A stretch of 64,000 nt of DNA, from NCBI GenBank assembly GCA_021325135.1, contig JAJPHT010000030.1, positions 64,001 through 128,000 on the forward strand, in the 5' to 3' direction. Below the pieces are notes generated by a model. That model worked only from the letters and a program-made list of their open reading frames with translations, searched no databases and was not told the origin of the DNA. A program made the position numbers and the translations under genes. Numbering within the stretch: the first letter of the stretch is position 1; every line of letters starts with the position of its first letter. Shown in pieces: positions 28,422 to 37,690 of the stretch. This DNA is from Pseudomonadota bacterium. GTDB taxonomy: Archaea; Thermoplasmatota; SW-10-69-26; JACQPN01; JAJPHT01.

Positions 28422-29267
28422 ATGGTCGAGATTGCGCCGGATACCCTCATCACGTACGCGCGCCTCGCCGCCGAGGACGAGGACCCCCAACGCGCCTTGG
28501 CCTACGTCACGGAAGCCCGACGCGTCGCCCCCACCAGCGTGGAAGCCGTCGAGTTCGAAGCCTTCATCCGCGGCCGCCTCCACGAATACGACCAAGCCTT
28601 CGATCTCTACGCCCAGGCCATGATGGCCGGCAGTGAGAACGCGCCCTTCAACGCGGCCTACCTCGCAGCCAGTCTCGAGGACACAGCGACCGCCAAGCGG
28701 TTCTTCCTTCGCTGCTTCGAAACGCGTCCGGCTGAAGCCGTGGCCGCCGTCCACGCGGACCCCTTCTTCGCCAGCCTCACCGAGCAATCCGACATCAAAG
28801 AAGCCCTCGACGCGGCCTCCCAACGCCTCGACGACCTTCACACGCCTCCGGGACCCCGAGTGAGGCCGGCGCACCCTCTTCCACCAGCGGCCCCGACTCT
28901 TCGCTCCGCCCCGGCTTGGCGCCTTCGCGCATGGCACCTGGGCTACTACCCGGCGTATCTCGAACTCCTCCTCGGCCTCGCCTTCCTGCTTCCCGCCCCC
29001 TTCGTCCAGCTCGGCTTCCTCTTTCTCACCGTCGGACTCGCACTTCTCGCCTCCGGCAGTTGGCTCATGTTGCTCCGCCTCAAGCGCCGACGCGCTTACA
29101 TCCACGACCTCCACGAAGCCTGGACCAAGTACCCCATCCTCCACGAGGAAGTCTTCTCGGCCCTCCTGAGCGCCCAAGCCGACTTGGGCCTGAGCGGCGA
29201 GGAGGCCATCAGCCTCGAGAAGATCGCGCTCGCGCACTTCCCCCAACGCGTCCAGGAGGAAGCATGA
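28422..29267 (+). CDS. TPR module fused to a 2-TM module with a helical LGLSxEEA tail
   Basis: Start ATG 28422. TPR ALAYVTEARRVAPTSVEA...DPFFASL, then HLGYYPAYL, 2 TM helices, RRR and QADLGLSGEEA. Confidence 0.8.
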   Translation: MVEIAPDTLITYARLAAEDEDPQRALAYVTEARRVAPTSVEAVEFEAFIRGRLHEYDQAFDLYAQAMMAGSENAPFNAAYLAASLEDTATAKRFFLRCFETRPAEAVAAVHADPFFASLTEQSDIKEALDAASQRLDDLHTPPGPRVRPAHPLPPAAPTLRSAPAWRLRAWHLGYYPAYLELLLGLAFLLPAPFVQLGFLFLTVGLALLASGSWLMLLRLKRRRAYIHDLHEAWTKYPILHEEVFSALLSAQADLGLSGEEAISLEKIALAHFPQRVQEEA

Positions 29268-29761
29268 TCAACCGCTTCCTTCAGAGGCTGGGACGACATC
29301 TCGCGCGCCCCCTCAGCTTGGGAAGCGCGCGCCTTCCCCATGACCTGACCGTGGATCAGTACGCGGCTCTCTTGGACGTGGCCATGATGAGCCGCGAATT
29401 CGAGCGCGCCCTCGAACTCACCTCACTCCTGCGCGGACTCGCACCTGGAAGCGTGCATGTTGTCGAGACAGAAGCCTGCGCCCACGCTGAACTGGGTCAC
29501 ACGCAGGAAGCCTACCAGCTCTACAGGAAGGCCCACGAGGTCGGCAGCAAGGACGCCGCTTTCGCCGGGCTCTGTGTTGCCTTGGATCACGACGACATGG
29601 AGGCCGCCCGCGAATTCATCGCTTGCTACCTCACCGCCTCTCTTCCCCAAGAGGATCTCAGGGACATCGGAGATCCACGCGTCGAGAAGCTCACCCGCGA
29701 ATGGAGAGCCACACGCGTGGGGTGGTCACCCAAACCTACCCGCACAGAGGTGAAACCATGA
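29264..29761 (+). CDS. Soluble TPR protein (paralog)
   Basis: ATGA overlap and GGAGG RBS; ERALEL...LAPGSVHVVETEA...LG..QEAYQLY..A...GSKDA. Confidence 0.75.
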   Translation: MINRFLQRLGRHLARPLSLGSARLPHDLTVDQYAALLDVAMMSREFERALELTSLLRGLAPGSVHVVETEACAHAELGHTQEAYQLYRKAHEVGSKDAAFAGLCVALDHDDMEAAREFIACYLTASLPQEDLRDIGDPRVEKLTREWRATRVGWSPKPTRTEVKP

Positions 29762-30222
29762 CGACCGTGCCCCGTATTCCTCCTCTCGACGTAGTGTTCT
29801 TCATCGTGGGCGCGCTGCTCTTCGGGGGCGCGCTCACTGCCATTATCATCACTCAAGGCCCCGGAGCTTTCACTGGGCCCGCGCAGTCCGACACGATCCC
29901 CGTCGTCTCGCTGACGGTGGAGAACTTCACCTACACGGCGTTGAACGGGGTGCTCAACGCCACCGGCAGCGTCGTGAACCTGGACACGAAGCCCATCACG
30001 GCCGTCGTGGTCACGATCACCGGCTACGATGCGGGCCATCACGCCCGAGACCACGAGCTGCTGACCTTCAACGGCACACTCCAGCCCGGCGAACGCTGGC
30101 CCTTCAACGCTACCTTCTGTCCTCCCAAGGACACGGGTGAGATCGCCGGCTACGAGGCGGACGTGACTGGACGAACGGCCGATGCACCCGGGCTCACGCC
30201 GCACCGCCGGGAGGACGCATGA
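29758..30222 (+). CDS. Membrane-anchored FxLYD-like Ig domain protein
   Basis: GAGGTGA RBS and ATGA overlap; N-terminal TM; TGSVVN....ITAVVVTITGYDA...LQPGERWPF. Confidence 0.75.
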   Translation: MTTVPRIPPLDVVFFIVGALLFGGALTAIIITQGPGAFTGPAQSDTIPVVSLTVENFTYTALNGVLNATGSVVNLDTKPITAVVVTITGYDAGHHARDHELLTFNGTLQPGERWPFNATFCPPKDTGEIAGYEADVTGRTADAPGLTPHRREDA

Positions 30223-30845
30223 TCCGCCCAGCACGCAAGGACAACCATCGGCGCGTGTTCGCCCTCATCGTACTGCTCACGATGGCCGGCTGCGTGAGCC
30301 CCTCGCCGCCATCGGAAGTGCCTGCGGCGCCGGCGCGCGCTGACCTTGCGGCGCAGCCTACTACGAGCGGCGCATCGACCATGCCGACGAACACCACGCA
30401 GTCAGCGCCCTTCGTGCTCCGGTACGACGGCCAGACCAACACGAGCGCGTTCGTCTGCGCGAACGCGACTGTCGGGGACGAGGTATGCCAATGGACCCCG
30501 ACGGACCCCGGCGGCTACCGCTCGCTGACGAACGGCTCCTACAACCACGCGCACCTCACGCTGACGTGGACCGCGACCTCGCCCGCGACGCAACAGCTCC
30601 ACCTGAGCCTCAACGACGTTGTACCCGATTCAGGGGACTGGAACACGCTCTGCCAAGCCAACGCGACGAGCTCCCCCTTCCCCTTCGACTGCGACCTGAA
30701 GGGCCACAACGCCACCTTCGACCTGCTCCTCTTCGTCCGCCCACCCAACTATCCCACAGGCAACCCGCCCTTGGGCGGATGGGTCGGCACAGACCAGCCG
30801 TTCCACGTCGAGATCACCCTCACAAACACGACCCGCCAAGTGTGA
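30219..30845 (+). CDS. Lipoprotein, hypothetical beta-sandwich
   Basis: ATGA overlap; LIVLLTMAGC lipobox; Pro/Thr linker; HLTLTWTATSPATQQL. Confidence 0.75.
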   Translation: MIRPARKDNHRRVFALIVLLTMAGCVSPSPPSEVPAAPARADLAAQPTTSGASTMPTNTTQSAPFVLRYDGQTNTSAFVCANATVGDEVCQWTPTDPGGYRSLTNGSYNHAHLTLTWTATSPATQQLHLSLNDVVPDSGDWNTLCQANATSSPFPFDCDLKGHNATFDLLLFVRPPNYPTGNPPLGGWVGTDQPFHVEITLTNTTRQV

Positions 30846-30850
30846 AACCC

Positions 30851-31762
30851 ATGGACGATCCCCTCCTCTCTGCCCTCGAAGTCGTCGGCCTTCTTGCCAC
30901 GTTCAGCCTCGCCGCGTGGCTCCTAGTCAAGCGCCACCCCGTCGCCCGCGCCCTTGGAGCCTCCGCGGTGCTCAATGGCCTGCTGACCATGGGCATCAGC
31001 CTTGGCGACTACGGATTCCCTGACTCGTGGAAGCGCGCCACTTGGATGTCGTGCTTCTTCGCCCCGCCCCTGCTCGTCTTGGCGTGGAAGTGGTTCCACT
31101 CCACCAGTGGAACGAAGGAGCCCTGGACGTCCCGGTTGGGCTTCTTCTACGGCCTCGCCTGGATCTTCACGGGCGTCTGCGTTGTTACGTTCCTCGCCGT
31201 GCCTTGCGCGTGGAGCTGCACGCAAGGCAACGCGGGCGTGACGGGGCCGCTGGTGCTCACTCTCTCCCTCACGACTCTCGTGCCGCTGGCCTGCGCGTTC
31301 CTGCTCGTGAGCGACGCGCGCCGGCCGACGCCCCTCCTGGGCGGGACCGCGGCCGTCGCGGGCGCCGTGATCCTGCTGCTGCGCGCGCTGGCCTACGAGG
31401 GCATCTTCATGGGCGCCCTCGCCATGGGCCACTGGCCCACCGGGGCTTATCTCGTTGCGTTCGATGCCATCAGCGTGACGCTGGGCCTCGCCGCGCTCGG
31501 CGGGCTCGCCTGGATCGCCAAGACCCAGTGGCAGGCGGGCCTCCGCCTGCGCGCGGCGACCATTCTCGTCTGGAGCGGGACCGCGCTCCTCGTGGGCGCC
31601 ATCTTCGGAGGCATCGCCGCGCCCCTCGTGGGCCCCTACGCGGGCTACCCCTACGTCTTGGGCGGGATCGGGCTGAGCCTCGCGCTGTTCATGGTGCTCC
31701 GCCGAGCCACCTTCCAGCCCGCGCGCTCGCAGGAGGCCACGCTGGGGGCCGAGCACGCATGA
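30851..31762 (+). CDS. 7-8 TM receptor-like membrane protein, paralog 1 (HisKA_7TM-like N-terminus, no kinase domain)
   Basis: Start ATG 30851 (MDDPLLSALE). LAAWLLVKR..ARALG pattern; PCAWSC loop. Confidence 0.75.
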   Translation: MDDPLLSALEVVGLLATFSLAAWLLVKRHPVARALGASAVLNGLLTMGISLGDYGFPDSWKRATWMSCFFAPPLLVLAWKWFHSTSGTKEPWTSRLGFFYGLAWIFTGVCVVTFLAVPCAWSCTQGNAGVTGPLVLTLSLTTLVPLACAFLLVSDARRPTPLLGGTAAVAGAVILLLRALAYEGIFMGALAMGHWPTGAYLVAFDAISVTLGLAALGGLAWIAKTQWQAGLRLRAATILVWSGTALLVGAIFGGIAAPLVGPYAGYPYVLGGIGLSLALFMVLRRATFQPARSQEATLGAEHA

Positions 31763-31845
31763 GGACCACCCAGGGGCCCAGCGGGAGACCTTCACCTTCG
31801 CAGGCGTTCTGTCGAACACGTCCATCCACGAGTGAATCCGCATGA
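31759..31845 (+). CDS. Putative 28-aa micro-ORF coupled by ATGA at both ends
   Basis: ATG 31759 overlaps TGA 31760-62, and its TGA overlaps ATG 31842. Translation MRTTQGPSGRPSPSQAFCRTRPSTSESA. Confidence 0.35.
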   Translation: MRTTQGPSGRPSPSQAFCRTRPSTSESA

Positions 31846-32768
31846 GCGATCCGATCATCACCTCATTCCAAGCCCTCGCCAGCGCTGCCAACTTCGCCCT
31901 TGCAGCATGGCTGATCCTCCGGCGCGGGCAGCCCTCCGCCCGTGCCGTCGGCTGGTTCTTCGCCATCTACGGCTTCACGTTCCTTAGCAGCGTCCTGGCC
32001 GCGCTTGGCGAGCGTGGCGCGTCGTCCTTCGTCGTGGTCGCCTTCTTTGGCGCCCTGCCTCTTTCCGTCGCCCTCTCCGCGACCTACCAGACGCCTCCCG
32101 ACGCCCCTGCGAGCTACCGTTGGTCCGTGGGCCACCGCTTCTGGTTCGTGCTGATGGCGGTCATCGCGTTCTTCTTCGCGGTCGCCGCCTGGGCAGACCC
32201 CTGTGTGTACCTCTGCGGGGCGAGCCCTGGCGGCCTGTTCATCTTCGCGTTCGGCCACACGGTCCTCTCGGTCTACGTCGTCTGGCTTCTCGTGCAAGAA
32301 GCGCGGGCGCCGCGGACCATGCAGAACGCCATCTTCGCGCTGGTTGCCGCTGCCACGCTCTTGATCCGCCTCTCGTCCACGGTCGCCTCCACGCTCACCG
32401 TCGTGGCGCACCACGGATGGCCTTCAGATTTCCAGCGAGAGATCGGCGACGCCACGATGATCTGCCTCGCCCTGGTCTCTGCCCTGCTGTTCTGGACCAT
32501 CCACAAGACGCTCCTCCTTGCCGGGCGCATCCGCACCTCGATGGGCATCCTGGCCGCGACCCTGCTCGCATCCTTCATCGGGAGCGTTGACGCGGGGATC
32601 GGGCTTGGCATCCCGGACTCCATCGCCACGTCCGCCTTCTTCGCGTTCTTGGCCGGCATCCCCATCGCCTTCGGCCTCGCCATCCGCAAGGCGCTCTCAA
32701 GCCCAGCAGGGACCCACGGATCATCTGCCGCGCACCCGACCAGTCCCGCCACGACCACCACCGAGTGA
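31842..32768 (+). CDS. 7-8 TM receptor-like membrane protein, paralog 2
   Basis: MSDPIITSFQ...LAAWLILRR..ARAVG; PCVYLC loop; about 8 hydrophobic helices. Confidence 0.8.
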   Translation: MSDPIITSFQALASAANFALAAWLILRRGQPSARAVGWFFAIYGFTFLSSVLAALGERGASSFVVVAFFGALPLSVALSATYQTPPDAPASYRWSVGHRFWFVLMAVIAFFFAVAAWADPCVYLCGASPGGLFIFAFGHTVLSVYVVWLLVQEARAPRTMQNAIFALVAAATLLIRLSSTVASTLTVVAHHGWPSDFQREIGDATMICLALVSALLFWTIHKTLLLAGRIRTSMGILAATLLASFIGSVDAGIGLGIPDSIATSAFFAFLAGIPIAFGLAIRKALSSPAGTHGSSAAHPTSPATTTTE

Positions 32769-32774
32769 AACGCC

Positions 32775-35051
32775 ATGAATCGCCCGTTCTCCTTCGCCGC
32801 CCTCCTCTGCCTAATGGCTTCCCCCGTCCTCGCTGGCTGCCTCTCCAACGCGCCCGCGGCCACGCTTGCCCCCTACCCGGAGGCCACGCTCACGCTCGAC
32901 CTGCCCATCCACATCGTCACGGTGGGCTTCCAGAACTTCGATGAAGCCTCGCTGCGCAAGAACCTGGCCGAGACGCCCATCTCGTTCGTCGAGGCGCAGC
33001 TCGAAACCACCGCGCACCTCGCGCCCGACGCGCTCCAGTACCACGTCACCTACGAGGTCCACCAGGCGCCGGCGAGCTTCGCGCACGACCTCTTCGCCTA
33101 CGCCGAGAGAATCGCCATGCCGGCCGCGCCGGACCCGTGGCTTGCCCAGCACGACCGCGAGGGGCTGCACCGCATTTGCCGGCCCGGCCATGCGCCGGGC
33201 CTGCCGGGCTCTCCCGTTCCCCTTCCCGTCGCGCCCCCGAGCGATCCCACCACGCCGGACTGCAAGGACGTGGAGCGCATCGACGCCAACAAGATCGAGG
33301 CCTGGATCGCGGAGCACCGCGACGCCGTCGGGCTGAACTTCTCGGCGCCCAGCTACACCATCTTCCTCCTTGACACCTGGGATACGCCGGGACTCCCCAA
33401 GGAGACCTATCACCAGTACGCCGTGCCCGACAACCAGACGCGGCCCGCGATGAGCACGCTGCGCGCCTGGGGCGGGGCGCACGACTTCGTGTTCCTCGAC
33501 GTGGGCGCGGCGCCCAACCAGATCGACTTCAAGCCCTGGGCGAACATGACGAAGGCGTTCACCCAGCGGCGCCTCGTGGACCTCACCGACCCGCCCATCT
33601 ACGAGGTCAAGAGCAACCAGACGTTCTACGCGAACCTGGGCCGCGACGTGAGCGACGCCGCGCACATATTGTGGGCCCGCCCGCCGCTCTACCGCTACGA
33701 GTACGCGGACGAGTACGACCTGCCCGTGACCGTCTTCATCGACTCCCAGGCCCACGGGAACCCTGGAAGCCTCGTGGGCAAGATCGACCCCTTGGACTAC
33801 GCGCGCCACACCGACCAGGCCGCCTACGTGCGCGCCTTCCAATCCCTCGTGCCCTGGGCGCGCGTCAATGCGAGCTTCCGTTTCGTCGTCCTGCCCAACG
33901 ATGATCCCGGCATGGCCGCGGCGTTGCAGGACGCCAAGAGCCGCTACGAGGGGCAGGACGTAAGCGTTGGCGTCCTGAAGCACTACCTCAACACGCACTG
34001 GAACGACTACGTGCCCAAGGGCCCGCCCGGCTCGCGCACGTACCCGACCTTCGCGTTCGTCCTCGATGCGCCCAGCGCCGTGACCTACGGCGAAGCCATG
34101 GGCGACGAGGTGGGCAACAGTTGGGGCGTGTACTTCAACATTCAAGACGTGATCGCCTGCAACCGCATCCCGCCCGAGTGCAACCCCAGCGAAGCGCCGC
34201 GCTTCGGCACCGAAGCCGCGTGGTGGGAGTGGTACAACGCGGTCCTCGCCCACGAGGGCGGCCACAGCTTCGGCCTCACCCACGCCCACGACACCGGCAG
34301 CCCCGACGACGTGGGCCTCGACTCCTACAACCTCAACTGGCTCTGGGACAGCACGGCCAGCGTCATGTCCTACCGCTATAACGGCGAGCAGTTCGACCAG
34401 TTCGACAAGGACGCCGTGCTGCGCGGCAACGCCGCCGAGATCGCCCGAGAAGTGCTTGCGAAGCCCGCGACCAAGACGGCCACGGTGCCCGCGCACAGCG
34501 CGGCGCTGCTCGCCCGAGGAAAAGCCGACCCCGCGCACACCCACGCGCATGAGGCGCTTGACCTGATCCAGCGCGGCGACTACCAGGGCGCGCTCGACCT
34601 CGCCCGCCAGGCGCGGCGCGAGGCCAGCGTGACGCAGCCCCCCGTCCTCGACGCGACGCCAGGCAACACGACCACGCTGGCCTTCACGTTCCCGGCCACG
34701 CCCGGCCTCCCGCCGCTGCCCAGCATCGTGCCCTCCGCACCCCTGCCGGACGCGCCCGATCTTGGCATGAGCGCCGCCGACTTCCCCATCAAGGTCCCCG
34801 AGGGGGCGAAGGCCATCCGGATCGAGTACGACGAGGACGCCGCGCCCTCGCACGCAGGCTGGGCCGCATCGCTCTACGTGACCAACGCGGAGCACGACAC
34901 CCTGACCCGCGTCTATGACGACGCCCACGGCGCCGTCGTCCTGGTGGGGCTCGACCACTGTGCATCAGGATGCACTGGGCACCTCGTCGCCTACTCCGGG
35001 GCCGCCACGAGCTACACCGTGAAACTGACCCCATACTTCGGCAGGGAGTGA
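32775..35051 (+). CDS. Lipoprotein zinc metalloprotease (metzincin)
   Basis: VLAGC lipobox; HEGGHSFGLTHAHD (HExxHxxGxxH) at 34251-34292; Met-turn ASVMSY about 25 aa later. Confidence 0.85.
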   Translation: MNRPFSFAALLCLMASPVLAGCLSNAPAATLAPYPEATLTLDLPIHIVTVGFQNFDEASLRKNLAETPISFVEAQLETTAHLAPDALQYHVTYEVHQAPASFAHDLFAYAERIAMPAAPDPWLAQHDREGLHRICRPGHAPGLPGSPVPLPVAPPSDPTTPDCKDVERIDANKIEAWIAEHRDAVGLNFSAPSYTIFLLDTWDTPGLPKETYHQYAVPDNQTRPAMSTLRAWGGAHDFVFLDVGAAPNQIDFKPWANMTKAFTQRRLVDLTDPPIYEVKSNQTFYANLGRDVSDAAHILWARPPLYRYEYADEYDLPVTVFIDSQAHGNPGSLVGKIDPLDYARHTDQAAYVRAFQSLVPWARVNASFRFVVLPNDDPGMAAALQDAKSRYEGQDVSVGVLKHYLNTHWNDYVPKGPPGSRTYPTFAFVLDAPSAVTYGEAMGDEVGNSWGVYFNIQDVIACNRIPPECNPSEAPRFGTEAAWWEWYNAVLAHEGGHSFGLTHAHDTGSPDDVGLDSYNLNWLWDSTASVMSYRYNGEQFDQFDKDAVLRGNAAEIAREVLAKPATKTATVPAHSAALLARGKADPAHTHAHEALDLIQRGDYQGALDLARQARREASVTQPPVLDATPGNTTTLAFTFPATPGLPPLPSIVPSAPLPDAPDLGMSAADFPIKVPEGAKAIRIEYDEDAAPSHAGWAASLYVTNAEHDTLTRVYDDAHGAVVLVGLDHCASGCTGHLVAYSGAATSYTVKLTPYFGRE

Positions 35052-35057
35052 ACGGTC

Positions 35058-35951
35058 GTGATCTTCAACCTCTTTGACGCGCTCCTCGTCGCCGGACCTT
35101 TCGCAGCAGCCGCCTACCTTGCGTTGAAAAAGGAGCGCGCGGCCGTCATCTTGGCGCTCCTGTTCGTCCTCGATGGGACAACCGCCTTGGCGTGGCTCTT
35201 TTCGGACAGCTTCGGCATGCCGGTGAGCTGGACCGATCCGCTCCGCTTCGCCTACCTGCTGACCCCCCTCCCCGTGGGGCTGGCGTTCTTGTTGGTTCCC
35301 TCGAAGAATACCAGCAAGTTCCGGCGTGTCATGGACGGGGCACTTTTCCTCATCGCCATCGCCACCTCTGTTGCCGCCATTGTCCTGACGTTGCGGGCCG
35401 GCTGTCCCTGGACCTGCAACGCTGGGGGCGGACCTGCGTACGGCGGGGCATTCCTGGCGCAGATCGCCATGGCGCCCGCGTACCTCTTCGTGGGGGCGCG
35501 ATTCGGATGGAGCGGAAAGACGCGGCTCACCATCGCCAGCGTGCCCCTACTTCTGCGCGCCGCCCTCCGCGGGGGCATTCCCTTCGGAACCCTCCTGACG
35601 ACCGGGCACTGGAGCACGCTGCCCGTGATGGAGATGCCGTACTTGGGCCTCTTCATTGTCGGCCTCGTGGTCCTTCCCGTCGTCGGGTTCCGCTTCTGGT
35701 TCCTCTGGCTCCTGGCGATTCTGCTGGGCGCGGCCGAAGCGGGATTCGCCTCCGACTGGATCGGCATGCTCGGACGCCTGGCGTTCATGGCCTGGGCGGT
35801 TGCCACCCCCATCATCGTCGCGTTCCTCTGGAGGATGACGATCACGCCCGAGCGCCAAGAAGGAGGCCACTTCAGTTTCTACGCAAGTTGGAGGATCGAA
35901 TCCGCCGATCCTCCATCGGACGAATCTCCACAACATGCGGGAGCCGAATGA
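35058..35951 (+). CDS. 7-8 TM receptor-like membrane protein, paralog 3
   Basis: AAAYLALKK.RAAVILA pattern; GCPWTC loop at the equivalent position. Confidence 0.8.
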   Translation: MIFNLFDALLVAGPFAAAAYLALKKERAAVILALLFVLDGTTALAWLFSDSFGMPVSWTDPLRFAYLLTPLPVGLAFLLVPSKNTSKFRRVMDGALFLIAIATSVAAIVLTLRAGCPWTCNAGGGPAYGGAFLAQIAMAPAYLFVGARFGWSGKTRLTIASVPLLLRAALRGGIPFGTLLTTGHWSTLPVMEMPYLGLFIVGLVVLPVVGFRFWFLWLLAILLGAAEAGFASDWIGMLGRLAFMAWAVATPIIVAFLWRMTITPERQEGGHFSFYASWRIESADPPSDESPQHAGAE

Positions 35952-36088
35952 GGACCGGAATAGGCGGAGCGCGAGACGATGAGCGACAAGTACGACACCG
36001 CGGAGAGAACTCGATGACGCCAGCGTTGCGCATGGATAGCGACGCCTTCGATGGCCGCGCCGTGAGCTCCGGGAGGGTGGCCCGATGA
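35948..36088 (+). CDS. Putative 46-aa micro-ORF coupled by ATGA at both ends
   Basis: ATG 35948 overlaps TGA 35949-51, and its TGA overlaps ATG 36085. Translation MRTGIGGARDDERQVRH...SSGRVAR. Confidence 0.35.
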   Translation: MRTGIGGARDDERQVRHRGENSMTPALRMDSDAFDGRAVSSGRVAR

Positions 36089-37686
36089 TCGAATCCTCAA
36101 GCACCACTGAGGGGTCCACTCAGACGGCGGCCGAACCGGGCTTCCTCGAAACGACGAGCCGCCCCCTCATGATCTCGGGAAGCTCTCTGATCGTCTCGTA
36201 CTTGGGTGCTCAAGCGCTTGTGCGCGCCCTGGATACAATCCGGGGCCACGCCGGTGCAGACCCCCTTCCGAGCGACGCCACAATCTGGGGGGTCGGCCTG
36301 GCGATCTGTGCCTTGGGCCTGCTGGCAGGCATGTGGGCCCGAACTCGGAGAGGGCTCCCCGAAATTGCTCCCCTGCGTGCGTACGAGACGAAGGACGGCC
36401 TCCTAATCGTCTTCTGGGACCTCATCCAGGCGGCCATCTTCAACTTCTTCTTCGCCTTCGCCGTGGGAGCCCTCGCCCTCATCGCCTGGAACATTCAACC
36501 TAGCCTGAGTCGCGCGTTCCTACAGCCTGTCCTCTGGCTAGGCTTGGGAATCATAATCCTCCCGCTGGGGGCTCTCGGGCTTCTCGGGGCACGGGCCCTC
36601 GCACACCGCGTTCTACCTCGCCCGCCGCCCGCCGCACCCAGCTTGGACTCACCCTCGAAGATGCTCCAGTTCCCCTTCGAGGCTCCCAAGGGGGAAACGA
36701 AGGGGGAGAGACATAGGCGCGAGCGGCGCCTGCTCGACCTCCTGGCCGCCCCGCACTTGGCCGAAGCGCCGAAGGAGATGAGCCAACGTGCCTTTCTCTG
36801 GGCGACGGCGCTTGCAGGAGCATGCGCCGCCGCGCTGATGTTCATGCCCGTCCTGCTCCCAGGCTGGGGGCTCTACACGGGCCTCGACGACATCGCGTTC
36901 AGCTTCGGGGGCGCCGGTCTCGCGCTGGGATGCTTCGTTGGCCCGTTCTTCCGCGTGCTGCTCCGCCAGCCCTCCCGTGCCTCCCTGGAAATCGCCTGGG
37001 GAACGGGCTTCCTGGCGGCAGGCCTGGCGAGCCTCATCAACCATGACACGCCGGCCTGTTGGATTCTCCTCGCCGCGGCCCTCGGCTTCTTCCTGAGGAC
37101 GCGGCGCGCTTTCTCCCACCAAGAACGTGTGGCCCGCGCGCGCATGGAGGGCGAGATGCTCGAGGCCAGCCGCCGACCTTGGCGCACCGAGCCCGACTCG
37201 CGGCGGTGGGTCTTTCTCCAAGCCGTGTGGATCCTCTGTGGCCTCGTGTTCTGCCTCATGGCCGCACTCTTGGCCACGCAGCCCCTGACCCCGCTGGGCC
37301 GGGTCAGCCTCGCCGCATTCGAGGGGGCCGGGGCGGGTTTCGCCTTGGGATGGGTATTCTTCTTGCTCAAGGGAATCCACCGCAATCGCGGCCCCGGGGC
37401 CAGCGCGGGCAACGTCTTCGCCGCCCTCGCCCTCTTGGGCGGTCTGGTCAGCTACCTTGTACTGATGACCCTTCCCGCCGTCCCCGCCTTCCGCACCTCG
37501 GCGCCTTTCGAAGACGTGCCAGTAGTCTTCGCCGCATTGGGAGGCCTCCTGAGCGTTCTGAGTCTGCGCGCTGCCCTGCGGGCGTGGGAGGGGAAGGTGA
37601 CGAGGCTCGGCCTTTGGCTGGCCCACGAGCACGCCGCTCCCACTTCATCAGGCCCTCTGAGCGCGCCCCCATCCTCGGAGAGCTGA
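36085..37686 (+). CDS. Polytopic membrane protein (about 12 TM in three 4-TM blocks)
   Basis: GGAGGGTG RBS; hydrophobic helices separated by two charged cytoplasmic linkers. Confidence 0.75.
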   Translation: MIESSSTTEGSTQTAAEPGFLETTSRPLMISGSSLIVSYLGAQALVRALDTIRGHAGADPLPSDATIWGVGLAICALGLLAGMWARTRRGLPEIAPLRAYETKDGLLIVFWDLIQAAIFNFFFAFAVGALALIAWNIQPSLSRAFLQPVLWLGLGIIILPLGALGLLGARALAHRVLPRPPPAAPSLDSPSKMLQFPFEAPKGETKGERHRRERRLLDLLAAPHLAEAPKEMSQRAFLWATALAGACAAALMFMPVLLPGWGLYTGLDDIAFSFGGAGLALGCFVGPFFRVLLRQPSRASLEIAWGTGFLAAGLASLINHDTPACWILLAAALGFFLRTRRAFSHQERVARARMEGEMLEASRRPWRTEPDSRRWVFLQAVWILCGLVFCLMAALLATQPLTPLGRVSLAAFEGAGAGFALGWVFFLLKGIHRNRGPGASAGNVFAALALLGGLVSYLVLMTLPAVPAFRTSAPFEDVPVVFAALGGLLSVLSLRAALRAWEGKVTRLGLWLAHEHAAPTSSGPLSAPPSSES

Positions 37687-37690
37687 CACC

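Noticed and set aside
30851-35951. 7TM proteins as microbial rhodopsins
   Set aside because: No DxxxK retinal-binding motif or RYxDW helix-C motif is seen.
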